Below, one piece after another: positions 24,667 through 38,249 of a stretch of DNA of 64,000 nt. A program made the position numbers and the translations under genes. Origin of the DNA: Squalus acanthias. Taxonomy: Eukaryota. Numbering within the stretch: the first letter of the stretch is position 1; every line of letters starts with the position of its first letter. Below the pieces are notes generated by a model. It saw only the letters and a program-made list of their open reading frames with translations, was not told where the DNA came from and made no database searches. The stretch lies in NCBI GenBank assembly GCA_030390025.1, contig CM059438.1:61816001-61880000 (forward strand), in the 5' to 3' direction.

Positions 24667-27600
24667 AGTGTTACAGTGAGAGGTGTGGGGTATATCAGAG
24701 AGTGTTACAGTGAGAGTGTGGGGTATATCAGAGAGTGTTACAGTGAGAGGTGTGGGGTATATCAGAGAGTGTTACAGTGAGGGGTGTGGGGTATATCAGA
24801 GAGTGTTACAGTGAGGGTGTGGGGTATATCAGAGAGTGTTACAGTGAGAGTGTGGGGTATATCAGAGAGTGTTACAGTGAGGGGTGTGGGGTATATCAGA
24901 GTGTGTTACAGTGAGAGGTGTGGGGTATATCAGAGAGTGTTACAGTGAGAGGTGTGGGGTATATCAGAGTGTTACAGTGAGGATGTGGAGTAGATCAGAC
25001 AGTGTTACAGTGAGGGTGTGGGGTATATTACAGTGAGGGTGTGGGGTATATTACAGTGAGGGTGTGGGGTATATCAGAGAGTGTTACAGTGAGAGTGTGG
25101 GGTATATTACAGTGAGGGTGTGGGGTATATCAAAGAGTGTTACAGTGAGAGTGTGGGCTGTAGGGGGCGGTGTGGTAGGGGTCAGCCTCACCTCTAACTC
25201 AGTGAGCGGTTCGAATCGCTCCCACGCCCCTGCTTCTAGACCTTGCACTTATTTAGGGATTGTGAACAAAGATGCAGTAGACAACAGGTTCTGATGAAAG
25301 AATTTTGACTTTATTAAAAGAAAAAGGTAACAGACTTAAAACACTATTAATGCTTAAACACAGGTTGGGGAACACGCGGTACAGGCGAGGGAAATAACAT
25401 TAGAAGAATACTTCACCCCTCCCAATCCCACTTCACTAGCTAGGTTGGACTCTGGAGAACCAGGGATAATGCTCACCAAACGAATCCTTGACAGTTGAGA
25501 GTTAGGGTTTAGAGTCTTTTGAGTAAAAGGTTTCGTAAGGCCCTTGTTGCCGCGAGGTGTCCGATGGTCACTGAGGCAGTCGCTCTGGTTTCTTCTTGCG
25601 TGTCGGTCTGCTTGTGAAGTTGTTGGCCTTCTTTGTTGAATTTCTTGCTGTAACTCTGCCTCTGTTTAAACTGTCTTCTTCCGAGCTGTGGAACTGCCTT
25701 CTGCCTGCTTGTCCTGAACTCTGTAACTCCAACACTGACTTCTGCTGAACACAGGCTTTTAAAATTGAACTGCAGAACTGACTTCTGTTGAACTTATAAC
25801 TGTTTTACTGGAGAACTGTAACTCCCTTCTTACTGAACTGTTGTAACTGCTTGATGGGCCTTCAATTATACTAAATTGAAGTGGCCTTGTCAAAACCAAA
25901 TCAAATCCCGGTCATTGTAAGACCTCGTTAACAGTAACGACTTTACTAGCATGTTAACTGGTTTTGTAAATGTGTGAAGTGGAATCAAGATAGCTCCATC
26001 CTGTCGATCCGTTGTTTAATCGGAGTTTGCATTGTCCTCATGTTTTGGGTTTCTTGACTGGGCCTTGGACTCCTATCTTTATGCATGTCGTTAATGGGTT
26101 CTGTAAGTGTCAAATGGTTTATTTTTGGGATGGTTTGCTTCCTGTCGATGTTCTTGGCTGATTGGTTTTTGATGGGATGAGACTGTCTTCTCCTAGGGTC
26201 TATTGTCAAAATGTAAATGCTTGCTGGGGCTTGAGTGAGGTCATCCCGATTCCCCAGACAATGCAATTTAACTGCAATACCCAAAACTGCTTTTACAAAG
26301 GTCGAACACACCTCCTGTGCAGCCTTTTCTCCCTTTACAGGCCCAGACATGTCTTTTAAAATGCCAAAACTTGGGTTTTGGTCTTAAATTCCTTATGTTA
26401 GGCCCAAATGCATTTTTATCACTCTGGGGAAGTTCCGAAGTCCTTTTTCCTTAGGTTTTGGGGATCTGCAAATTTTGCAAACATTACAGGGGTATATCAG
26501 AGTGTTACAGTGAGGGTGTGGGGTATATTACAGTGAGGGTGTGGGGTATATTACAGTGAGGGTGTGGGGTATATCAGAGAGTGTTACAGTGAGGGTGTGG
26601 GGTATATCAGGGAGCGTTACATTGAGGGGTGTGGGGTATATCAGAGTGTTACAGTGAGAGGTGTGGGGCATATCAGAGAGTGTTACAGTGAGGGTGTGGG
26701 GTATATTACAGTGAGGGTGCGGGGTATATCAGAGAGTGTTACACTGAGGGTGTGGGGTATATCAGGGAGCGTTACAGTGATGGTGTGGGGTATATCAGGG
26801 AGCGTTACAGTGATGGTGTGGGGTATTTTAGGGAGTGTTACAGTGAGAGTGTGCGGTATATGACAGTGTTACAGTGAGGGGTGTGGGGTATATCAGAGAG
26901 TGTTACAGTGAGGGTGTGGGGTATGTCAGAGAGTGTTACAGTGAGGGGTGTGGGGTGTATCAGAGTCTGTTACAGTGAGGGTGTGGGGTATATCAGAGAG
27001 TGTTACAGTGAGAGTGTGGGGTATATCAGAGTGTTACAGTGAGGGGTGTGGGGAATATCAGAGAGTGTTACAGTGAGGGTGTGGGGTATATCAGAGTGTT
27101 ACAGTGAGGGTGTGAGGTATATCAGAGAGTGTTACAGTGAGGAGTGTGGGGTATATCAGAGTGTTAAAGTGAGGGTGTGGGGTATATCAGAGTGTTACAG
27201 TGAGGGGTGTGGGATATATCAGAGACGGTTACAGTGAGGGTGTGGGGTATATCAGAGACCGTTACAGTGAGGGGAGTGGGGTATATCAGAGACCATTACA
27301 GTGAGGGTGTGGGGTATATCAGCGTGTTACAGTGAGGGGTGTGGGGTATATCAGAGTGTTACAGTGAGGCATGTGGGGTATATCAGAGTGTTACAGTGAG
27401 AGGTGTAGGATATATCAGAGACCGTTACAGTGAGGGTGTGGGGTATATCAGAGACCGTTACGGGGAGGGGTGTGGGGTATATCAGGGACCGTTACAGTGA
27501 GGGGTGTGGGGTATAGAACAGTGATACAGTGAGAGGTGTGGGGTATATCAGCGACCAATACAGTGAGAAGTGTGGGGTATATCAGAGTGATACAATGAGG

Positions 27601-30600
27601 GGTGTGGGTATATCAGAGGGTTACAGTGATGGGTATGGGTATATCAGAGTGTTACAGTGATAGGTGTGGGGTATATCAGAGTGTCACAGGGAGGGTGTGG
27701 GGTATATCAGAGTGTTACAGTGAGGGGTGGGGTATATCAGAGACCAATACAGTGAGGGTGTGGGGTATATCAGAGTGTTACAGTGAGGGGTGTGGGGTAT
27801 ATCAGAGAGTGATACAGTGAGGCATGTGGGGTATATCAGAGTGTTGCAGTGAGAGGTGTAGGATATATCAGAGACGGTTACAGTGAGGGTGTGGGGTATA
27901 TCAGAGACCGTTATGGTGATGGGTGTGGGGTATATCAGAGACCGTTACAGTGAGGGTGTGGGGTATATCACAGTGTTACAGTGAGAGGTGTGGTGTATAT
28001 CAGAGTGTTACAGTGAGAGTGTGGGGTACATCAGACTGTTACAGTGAGGGTGTGGGGTATATCAGAGAGTGTTACAGTGAGGGTGTGGGGTATATCAGAG
28101 TGTTACAGTGAGAGGTGTGGTGTATATCAGAGTGTTACAGTGAGAGTGTGGGGTACATCAGACTGTTACAGTGAGGGTGTGGGGTATATTACAGTGAGGG
28201 TGTGGGGTATATTACAGTGAGGGTGTGGGGTATATCAGAGTGATACAATGAGGGGTGTGGGGTATATCAGAGTGTTAAAGTGAGGGGTGTGGGGTATATC
28301 AGGGAGTGTTACAGTGAGGGGTGTGGGGTATATCAGAGAGTGATACAGTGAGGGTGCGCGGTATATCAGAGTGTTACAGTGAGAGTGTGGGGTATATCAG
28401 AGTGTTACAGTGAGGGTGTGAGGTATATCAGAGAGAGTTACAGAGAGAGGTGTGGGGCATATCAGAGAGTGTTACAGTGAGGGTGTGGGGTATATCAGAG
28501 AGTGTTACAGTGAGGGTGTGGAGTATATCAGAGAGTGTTACAGTGAGAGGTGTGGGGCATATCAGAGAGTGTTACAGTGAGGGTGTGGGCTATATCGGAC
28601 AGTGTTACAGTGAGGGTGTGGGGTATATCAGGGAGCGTTACAGTGATGGTGTGGGGTATTTCAGGGAGCGTTACAGTGAGAGGTGTGGGGTATATCAGAG
28701 AGTGTTACAGTGAGGGTGTGGGGTATATTACAGTGAGGGTGTGGGGTATATCAGAAAGTGTTACAGTGAGAGTGTGGGGTATATCAGAGAGTGTTACAGT
28801 GAGGGGTGTGGGGTATATCAGGGAGTGTTACAGTGAGGGTGTGGGGTATATCAGAGAGTGTTACAGTGAGGGGTGTGGGGTGTATCAGAGTCTGTTACAG
28901 TGAGGCTGTGGGGTATATCAGAGACCGATACAGTGAGAGGTGTGGGGTATATCAGAGACCGTTACAGTGAGGGAAGTGGGGTATATCAGAGACCGTAACA
29001 GTGATGGGTGTGGGGTATATCAGAGTGTTACAGTGAGAGGTGTGGGGTATATCAGAGACCATTACAGTGAGGGGTGTGGGTTATATCAGAGAGTGTTACA
29101 GTGAGGCATGTGGGGTATATCAGAGTGTTACAGTGAGAGGTGTAGGATATATCAGAGACCGTTACAGTGAGAGTGTGGGGTATATCAGAGTGTTACAGTG
29201 AGAAGTGTGGGGTATATCAGAGTGATACAATGAGGGGTGTGGGGTATATCAGAGTGTTACAGTGAGGGGTGTGGGGTATATCAGAGACCGTTGCAGTGAG
29301 GGTTGTGGGGTATATCACAGTGTTGCAGTGAGAGGTGTAGGATATATCAGAGATGGTTACAGTGAGGGTGTGGGGTATATCAGAGACCGTTACAGTGAGG
29401 GGTGTGGTGTATATCAGAGTGTTACAGTGAGAAGTGTGGGGTATATCAGAGTGATACAATGAGGGGTGTGGGGTATATCAGAGACGTTACAGTGAGGGGT
29501 GTGGGGTATATCAGGGAGTGTTACAGTGAGGGGTGTGGGGTATATCAGAGAGTATTACAGTGAGGGTGTACAGTATATCAGAGTGTTGCAGTGAGAGTGT
29601 GGGGTATATCAGAGTGATACAATGAGGGGTGTGGGGTATATCAGAGTGTTACAGAGAGAGGTGTTGGGTCTATCAGGGAGTGTTACAGTGAGGGTGTGGG
29701 GTATATCAGAGAGTGTTACAGTGAGGGTGTGGGGTATATCAGAGTGTTACAGTGAGGGGTGTGGGGTATATCAGAGTGTTACAGTGAGGGGTGGGGTATA
29801 TCAGGGGGTGTTACAGTGAAGGGTGTGGGGTATATCAGAGAGTGTTACAGTGAGGGGTGTGGGGTATATCAGCGTGTTACAGTGAGTGGTGTGGGGTATA
29901 TCAGAGAGTGTTACAGTGAGGCATGTGGGGTATATCAGAGTGTTACAGTGAGAGGTGTAGGATATATCAGAGACGGTTACAGTGAGGGTGTGGGGTATAT
30001 CAGAGACCGTTACGGTGAGGGGTGTGGAGTATATCAGAGACCGTTACAGTGAGGGGTGTGGGGTATATCACAGTGTTACAGTGAGGGGTGTGGGGTATAT
30101 CAGGGAGTGTTACAGTGAGGGGTGTGGGGTATATCAGAGAGTGTTACACTGAGGGTGTGGGGTATATCAGGGAGCGTTACAGTGATGGTGTGGTGTATTT
30201 CAGGGAGTGTTACAGTGAGGGTGTGGGGTATATGACAGTGTTACAGTGAGAGGTGTGGGGTATATCAGAGTGTGTTACAGTGAGGGGTGTGGGGTATATC
30301 AGAGACCGATACAGTGAGGGGTGTGGGGTATATCAGAGACCGTTACAGTGAGGGGAGTGGGGTATATCAGAGACCGTTACAGTGAGGGGTGTGGGGTATA
30401 TCAGAGTGTTACAGTGAGAGGTGTGGGGTATATCAGAGACCATTACAGTGAGGGGTGTCGTGTATATCAGAGTGTTACAGTGAGAAGTGTGGGGTATATC
30501 AGAGTGATACAATGAGGGGTGTGGGGTATATCAGAGTGTTACAGAGAGAGGTGTTGGGTCTATCAGGGAGTGTTACAGTGAGGGTGTGGGGTATATTACA

Positions 30601-33600
30601 GTGAGGGTGTGGGGTATATTACAGTGAGGGTGTGGGGTATATCAGGGAGTTTACAGTGAGGGGTGTGGGGTATATCAGAGTGTTAGAGTGAGAGGTGTGG
30701 GGCATATTAGAGAGTGTTACAGTGAGGGTGTGGGCTATATCGGACAGTGTTACAGTGAGGGTGTGGGGTATATTACACTGAGTGTGTGGGGTATATCAGA
30801 GAGTGTTACACTGAGGGTGTGGGATATATCAGGCAGCGTTACAGTGATGGTGTGGGGTATTTCAGGGAGTATTACAGTGAGAGTGTTGGGTATATCAGAG
30901 AATGTTACAGTGAGGGTGTGGGGTATATTACAGTGAGGGTGTGGGGTATATCAGAGAGTGTTACAGTGAGGGGTGTGGGGTATATCAGAGTGTTACAGTG
31001 AGAGTGTGGGGTGTATCAGAGTCTGTTACAGTGAGGGGTGTGGGGAATATCAGAGAGTGTTACAGTGAGGGTGTGGGGTATATCAGAGTGTTACAGTGTG
31101 AGGTGTGGGGTACATCAGAGTGTGTTACAGTGAGGGGTGTGGGGTATATCAGAGACCGATACAGTGAGGGGTCTGGGGTATATCAGAGACCGTTACAGTG
31201 AGGGGAGTGAGGTATATCAGAGACCGTTACAGTGAGGGGTGTGGGGTATATCAGAGATCATTACAGTGAGGGTGTGGGGTATATCAGCGTGTTACAGTGA
31301 GGGTGTGGGGTATATCAGAGAGTGTTACAGTGAGGCATGTGGGGTATATCAGAGTGTTACAGTGAGAGGTGTAGGATATATCAGAGACCGTTACAGTGAG
31401 GGTGTGGGGTATATCAGAGACCGTTACGGTGAGGGGTGTGGGGTATATCAGAGTGTTACAGTGAGAAGTGTGGGGTATATCAGAGTGATACAATGAGGGG
31501 TGTGCGGTATATCAGAGTGTTACAGTGAGGGGAGTGGGGTATATCAGGGAGTGTTACACTGAGGGGTGTGGGGTATATCAGAGTGTTAAAGTGAGGGTGT
31601 GAGGCATATCAGAGAGTGTTACAGAGAGAGGTGTTGGGTATATCAGAGACTGTTACAGTGAGGGTGTGGGTATATCAGAGTGTTACAGTGATAGGTGTGG
31701 GGTATATCAGAGTGTCACAGGGAGGGTGTGGGGTATATCAGAGTGTTACAGTGAGGGGTGTGGGGTATATCAGAGTGTTACAGTGAGGGGTGGGGTATAT
31801 CAGGGGGTGTTACAGTGAAGGGTGTGGGGTATATCAGAGAGTGTTACAGTGAGGGGTGTGGGGTATATCAGCGTGTTACAGTGAGTGGTGTGGGGTATAT
31901 CAGAGAGTGTTACAGTGAGGCATGTGGGGTATATCAGAGTGTTACAGTGAGAGGTGTAGGATATATCAGAGACGGTTACAGTGAGGGTGTGGGGTATATC
32001 AGAGACCGTTACGGTGAGGGGTGTGGAGTATATCAGAGACCGTTACAGTGAGGGGTGTGGGGTATATCACAGTGTTACAGTGAGGGGTGTGGGGTATATC
32101 AGGGAGTGTTACAGTGAGGGGTGTGGGGTATATCAGAGAGTGTTACACTGAGGGTGTGGGGTATATCAGGGAGCGTTACAGTGATGGTGTGGTGTATTTC
32201 AGGGAGTGTTACAGTGAGGGTGTGGGGTATATGACAGTGTTACAGTGAGAGGTGTGGGGTATATCAGAGTGTGTTACAGTGAGGGGTGTGGGGTATATCA
32301 GAGACCGATACAGTGAGGGGTGTGGGGTATATCAGAGACCGTTACAGTGAGGGGAGTGGGGTATATCAGAGACCGTTACAGTGAGGGGTGTGGGGTATAT
32401 CAGAGTGTTACAGTGAGAGGTGTGGGGTATATCAGAGACCATTACAGTGAGGGGTGTCGTGTATATCAGAGTGTTACAGTGAGAAGTGTGGGGTATATCA
32501 GAGTGATACAATGAGGGGTGTGGGGTATATCAGAGTGTTACAGAGAGAGGTGTTGGGTCTATCAGGGAGTGTTACAGTGAGGGTGTGGGGTATATTACAG
32601 TGAGGGTGTGGGGTATATTACAGTGAGGGTGTGGGGTATATCAGGGAGTTTACAGTGAGGGGTGTGGGGTATATCAGAGTGTTAGAGTGAGAGGTGTGGG
32701 GCATATTAGAGAGTGTTACAGTGAGGGTGTGGGCTATATCGGACAGTGTTACAGTGAGGGTGTGGGGTATATTACACTGAGTGTGTGGGGTATATCAGAG
32801 AGTGTTACACTGAGGGTGTGGGATATATCAGGCAGCGTTACAGTGATGGTGTGGGGTATTTCAGGGAGTATTACAGTGAGAGTGTTGGGTATATCAGAGA
32901 ATGTTACAGTGAGGGTGTGGGGTATATTACAGTGAGGGTGTGGGGTATATCAGAGAGTGTTACAGTGAGGGGTGTGGGGTATATCAGAGTGTTACAGTGA
33001 GAGTGTGGGGTGTATCAGAGTCTGTTACAGTGAGGGGTGTGGGGAATATCAGAGAGTGTTACAGTGAGGGTGTGGGGTATATCAGAGTGTTACAGTGTGA
33101 GGTGTGGGGTACATCAGAGTGTGTTACAGTGAGGGGTGTGGGGTATATCAGAGACCGATACAGTGAGGGGTCTGGGGTATATCAGAGACCGTTACAGTGA
33201 GGGGAGTGAGGTATATCAGAGACCGTTACAGTGAGGGGTGTGGGGTATATCAGAGATCATTACAGTGAGGGTGTGGGGTATATCAGCGTGTTACAGTGAG
33301 GGTGTGGGGTATATCAGAGAGTGTTACAGTGAGGCATGTGGGGTATATCAGAGTGTTACAGTGAGAGGTGTAGGATATATCAGAGACCGTTACAGTGAGG
33401 GTGTGGGGTATATCAGAGACCGTTACGGTGAGGGGTGTGGGGTATATCAGAGTGTTACAGTGAGAAGTGTGGGGTATATCAGAGTGATACAATGAGGGGT
33501 GTGCGGTATATCAGAGTGTTACAGTGAGGGGAGTGGGGTATATCAGGGAGTGTTACACTGAGGGGTGTGGGGTATATCAGAGTGTTAAAGTGAGGGTGTG

Positions 33601-36450
33601 AGGCATATCAGAGAGTGTTACAGAGAGAGGTGTTGGGTATATCAGAGACTGTTACAGTGAGGGTGTGGGTATATCAGAGTGTTACAGTGATAGGTGTGGG
33701 GTATATCAGAGTGTCACAGGGAGGGTGTGGGGTATATCAGAGTGTTACAGTGAGGGGTGTGGGGTATATCAGAGTGTTACAGTGAGGGGTGGGGTATATC
33801 AGGGGGTGTTACAGTGAAGGGTGTGGGGTATATCAGAGAGTGTTACAGTGAGGGGTGTGGGGTATATCAGCGTGTTACAGTGAGTGGTGTGGGGTATATC
33901 AGAGAGTGTTACAGTGAGGCATGTGGGGTATATCAGAGTGTTACAGTGAGAGGTGTAGGATATATCAGAGACGGTTACAGTGAGGGTGTGGGGTATATCA
34001 GAGACCGTTACGGTGAGGGGTGTGGAGTATATCAGAGACCGTTACAGTGAGGGGTGTGGGGTATATCACAGTGTTACAGTGAGGGGTGTGGGGTATATCA
34101 GGGAGTGTTACAGTGAGGGGTGTGGGGTATATCAGAGAGTGTTACACTGAGGGTGTGGGGTATATCAGGGAGCGTTACAGTGATGGTGTGGTGTATTTCA
34201 GGGAGTGTTACAGTGAGGGTGTGGGGTATATGACAGTGTTACAGTGAGAGGTGTGGGGTATATCAGAGTGTGTTACAGTGAGGGGTGTGGGGTATATCAG
34301 AGACCGATACAGTGAGGGGTGTGGGGTATATCAGAGACCGTTACAGTGAGGGGAGTGGGGTATATCAGAGACCGTTACAGTGAGGGGTGTGGGGTATATC
34401 AGAGTGTTACAGTGAGAGGTGTGGGGTATATCAGAGACCATTACAGTGAGGGGTGTCGTGTATATCAGAGTGTTACAGTGAGAAGTGTGGGGTATATCAG
34501 GGAGTGTGGCAGTGAGGGGTGTGGGGTATATCAGAGAGTGTTACAGTGAGGGTGTGCGGTATATCAGAGTGTTACAGTGAGAGTGTGGGGTATATCAGAG
34601 TGTTACAGTGAGGGTGTGAGGTATATCAGAGAGTGTTACAGAGAGAGGTGTTGGGTATATCAGGGAGTGTTACAGTGAGGGGTGTGGGGTATATCAGAGA
34701 GTGTTACAGTGAGAGTGTGGGGTATATCAGAGTGTTACAGTGAGGGGTGTGGGGTATATCAGAGTGTGTTACAGTGAGGGGTGTGGGGTATATCAGAGAC
34801 CGATACAGTGAGGGTGTGGGGTATATCAGAGAGTGTTACAGTGAGAGTGTGGGGTATATCAGAGTGTTACAGTGAGGGGTGTGGGGTATATCAGAGTGTG
34901 TTACAGTGAGGGGTGTGGGGTATATCAGAGACCGATACAGTGAGGGGTGTGGGGTATATCAGAGACCGTTACAGTGAGGGGAGTGGGGTATATCAGAGAC
35001 CATTACGCTGAGGGGTGTGCTGTATATCAGAGTGTTACAGTGAGAAGTGTGGGGTATATCAGGGAGTGTTACAGTGAGGGGTGTGGGGTATATCAGAGAC
35101 TGTTACAGTGAGGGTGTGGGTATATCAGAGTGTTACAGTGAGGGGTGTGGGGTATATCAGAGTGTTACAGTGAGAGGTGTGGGGTATATCAGAGTGTGTT
35201 ACAGTGAGGGGAGTGGGGTATATCAGCGACCGTTACAGTGAGGGGTATGGGGTATATCAGAGTGTTACAGTGAGAGGTGTGGGGTATATCAGAGACCATT
35301 ACAGTGAGGGTGTGGGGTGTATCAGAGTGATACAATGAGGGGTGTGGGGTATATCAGAGTGTTACAGTGAGAGGTGTGGGGTATATCAGAGACCATTACA
35401 GTGAGGGTGTGGGGTATATCAGCGTGTTACAGTGAGGGGTGTGGGGTATATCAGAGAGTGTTACAGTGAGGCATGTGGGGTATATCAGAGTGTTACAGTG
35501 AGAGGTGTAGGATATATCAGAGACCATTACAGTGAGGGTGTGGGGTATATCAGAGACCGTTACGGTGAGGGGTGTGGGGTATATCAGAGACCGTTACAGT
35601 GAGGGGTGTGGGGTATATCAGGGAGTGTTACAGTGAGGGGTGGGGTATATCAGGGAGTGTTACAGTGAGGGGTGTGGGGTATATCAGAGAGTTTTACACT
35701 GAGAGTGTGGGGTATATCAGAGTGTTACAATGATAGGTATGGGGTATATCAGAGAGTGTTGCAGTGAGGGTGTGGGGGATATCAGAGTGTGTTACAGTGA
35801 GGGTGTTGTTTATCAGGGAGTGTTATAGTGAGAGGTGTGGGGTATATCAGAGAGTGTAACAGTGAGGGTGTGGGGTATATCAGAGAGTGTTACAGTCAGA
35901 ATGTGGGGTATATCAGAGAGTGTTACAGTGAGGGTGTGGGGTATATCAGAGAGTGTTACAGTGAGAGTGTGGGGTATATCAGAGTGTTACAGTGAGGGGT
36001 GTGGGGTATATCAGAGAGTGTTACAGTGAGAGGTTAGGGGTATATCAGAGAGTGTTACAGTGAGAGTGTGGGGTATATCAGAGAGTGTTACAGTGAGGGG
36101 TGTGGGATATAAAAGAGAGTGTTACAGTGAGAGTGTGGGGTATGAAAGAGAGTGTTACAGTGAGGGGTGTGGGATATAAAAGAAGGTATTACAGTGAGGG
36201 TGTGGGGTATATCAGAAAGTATTACAGTGAGGGAGTGGGGTATATCAGAGTGTGTTACAGTGAGAATGTGGGGTATATCAGAAAGTATTACAGTGAGGGT
36301 GTGGGGTATATCAGAGTGTTGCAGTGAGGGGTCTGGGGTATATCAGAGAGTGTTACAGTGAGAGTGTGGGGTATTTCAGAAAGTATTACAGTGAGGGTGT
36401 GGGGTATATCAGACTGTTACAGTCAGTTGGTGTGAAGTATATCAGAGTGT
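24667..36450. repeat. G-rich satellite, ~30-33-bp unit GTGTTACAGTGAGGG(G)TGTGGGGTATATCAGA(GA), with a 1999-bp higher-order repeat
   Basis: Unit directly visible. Identical spurious ORFs occur at 29759/31758/33757 and 30688/32687, offset 1999. Confidence 0.98.
25159..26488 (-). mobile_element. Solo LTR (1330 bp), ERV- or Gypsy-like, inserted in the satellite
   Basis: TGTA...TACA termini and 4-bp TSD GGGC/GGGG inside a satellite GTGTGGGGTATATC motif. Minus-strand TATAA near 25870 and AATAAA near 25310. Confidence 0.85.
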
Positions 36451-36512
36451 GTTATAGTGAAATGTATCTCAGCATGTCACAATGAACAGTTTGGGGTATT
36501 TGATTTGATATT

Positions 36513-37253
36513 GGCCCAAAAATTAGTGCCACTACGCGAGAGTACGCACTGCGTACTCTCGCGTATTCTGTCTTCGATTGCCGGTTTTCTGCATGCACTG
36601 CGCATGCGCTGAAAACCGGCACTTGGTGAATGGAAAAGGGGGCGGTTCCTAGCTGAACCGCGTGCGCGCTACAGGCTGCGCGCATGCAGTGCACTTAGTG
36701 GTTTCAACGCGCAGGTAAGTACGGAAGATTTTACACATAAAAAAAGGAGGAGTAAGACCCACTTTTAACAAGGTAAGTAGTGAATTAAGTATTATTTTGA
36801 ATTTTTTTTAACAGGTATATCTTTTTGAGAGACTTTAAAGACAGGTAAGTTTATTTTTATAACTTTTTAAAAGATTTTAAATTTTTTCAAAAATTTAATT
36901 TTTTATTTAAAATGGTTAATTTATTTAACTATACTTATTTTATTAATGTGATGGTTTTTTTTTAATTTAATTGAGGTTTAGCTGTTCTTTTGGGGGGGTA
37001 TAGATTCATAGCTTTCACAGCACTTATGTGAAAGTTATGAATGGAAGATGGTGTGCTGCCATTGGCTCTAACTGAGTCACGTGATCCCACAGCTCGCATG
37101 AATTAACTACGCCTGTGGGATACGCAAGCCCAGCACAGCAGCTGTCCAGAACATCAAGTTCGTGCGAGCTGGAACTGAAAAAGCCAACGCGCAGTGAGAG
37201 ATCGCGGGGAAGCCTTACCCTCGCACGAAGGCTTCCTCACGAATTTTTGGGCC
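36513..37253. mobile_element. Harbinger-type MITE (741 bp)
   Basis: Perfect 12-bp TIRs GGCCCAAAAATT / AATTTTTGGGCC, TSD ATT, AT-rich core. Confidence 0.85.
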
Positions 37254-37313
37254 ATTATATATGGTTAAATAGCAAAAAGTAGTGTTAGTTGGAGCTTTGA
37301 ATCTTCTCTGCAG

Positions 37314-37340
37314 TGGAAAGGAGGAGCTGGGAGACGAAAG
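37314..37340 (+). CDS. 27-nt coding microexon (phase 2-2; GKEELGDE) of an unidentified plus-strand gene
   Basis: tcttctctgcag|TGGAAAGGAGGAGCTGGGAGACGAAAG|gtgagg; splices in frame to the exon at 39286. Confidence 0.55.
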
Positions 37341-38249
37341 GTGAGGCGGTGCGGCGTCACGCCAGGAGGGAGGGGCAGTTACAGCATGACAAGTTTACAT
37401 AGGCATTTTCCATAATAAACGTGGACACAGGAATTCATAATGGGAAAATGGTTGACACAGAAGTGTGACAAAATGCAATAGTAGGAAGTAAGGTTCTGTC
37501 GACAGGAGGTACATAGAAGAAAATGTGTGATAGATCCATAGATTGGACCCAGACTATTAACTTAATCGTGTTGTTGCACATGACAATAATGCAAGAGATG
37601 TTAAACACTGTCATAGTAAAGTTTAACTTGTGTGTGAGCTGAGTTACTTGACACTAAATACCACTGAGTTCGGTTCCTTGGGCATGTCAGTCAGTCCACC
37701 AGGATTTCTAAAGAGTTGTGAATGGTCCCAGGTCGTGTCTCTTCTCTCTTCTCATCCCGCTGATTGTGTAACTGGGACAGCGATGGCTGATGATGGGGGA
37801 TGCTCTGTCTACATCATAGGCACAGGGGCCTGGACTTGACCCTGAAACAATGAAATGACAATCGTCACAATGACTGCAAAGCGCAGCAGGGAAACTCCAG
37901 CCCGTCCAGTGTGTGGTATCGATCTAACGCCGGGAATTTCCTGAGGACTTTTCCCACTTAGCTCCCGTAACGTTGGCGGAAGTACGGCGGAATGCCTCTT
38001 TATGTGAAACCGGAGTAAAGTGTTCCCATTTACCCGGTGCATACTGTACATTGTACATTGTCTAGGAAATCGTAACCTGAACTCAATGGGAGTGAAGCGT
38101 TCCCATTTACTAATTGTGTACTGTACGTTGTTTTACATCTGCATCCACTGGGGCATTGTTAAAATGATAACTGGAATCCCTGCCCCCCTGCATTAACAGT
38201 GAGGTTCAACATCTCTCCCAGTCCTTCCACCCTCCAATAAACTACAACT

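Noticed and set aside
26564..36361. Many ORFs of the VWGISESVTVR/GVGYIRECYSE type
   Set aside because: These are translations of the satellite unit.
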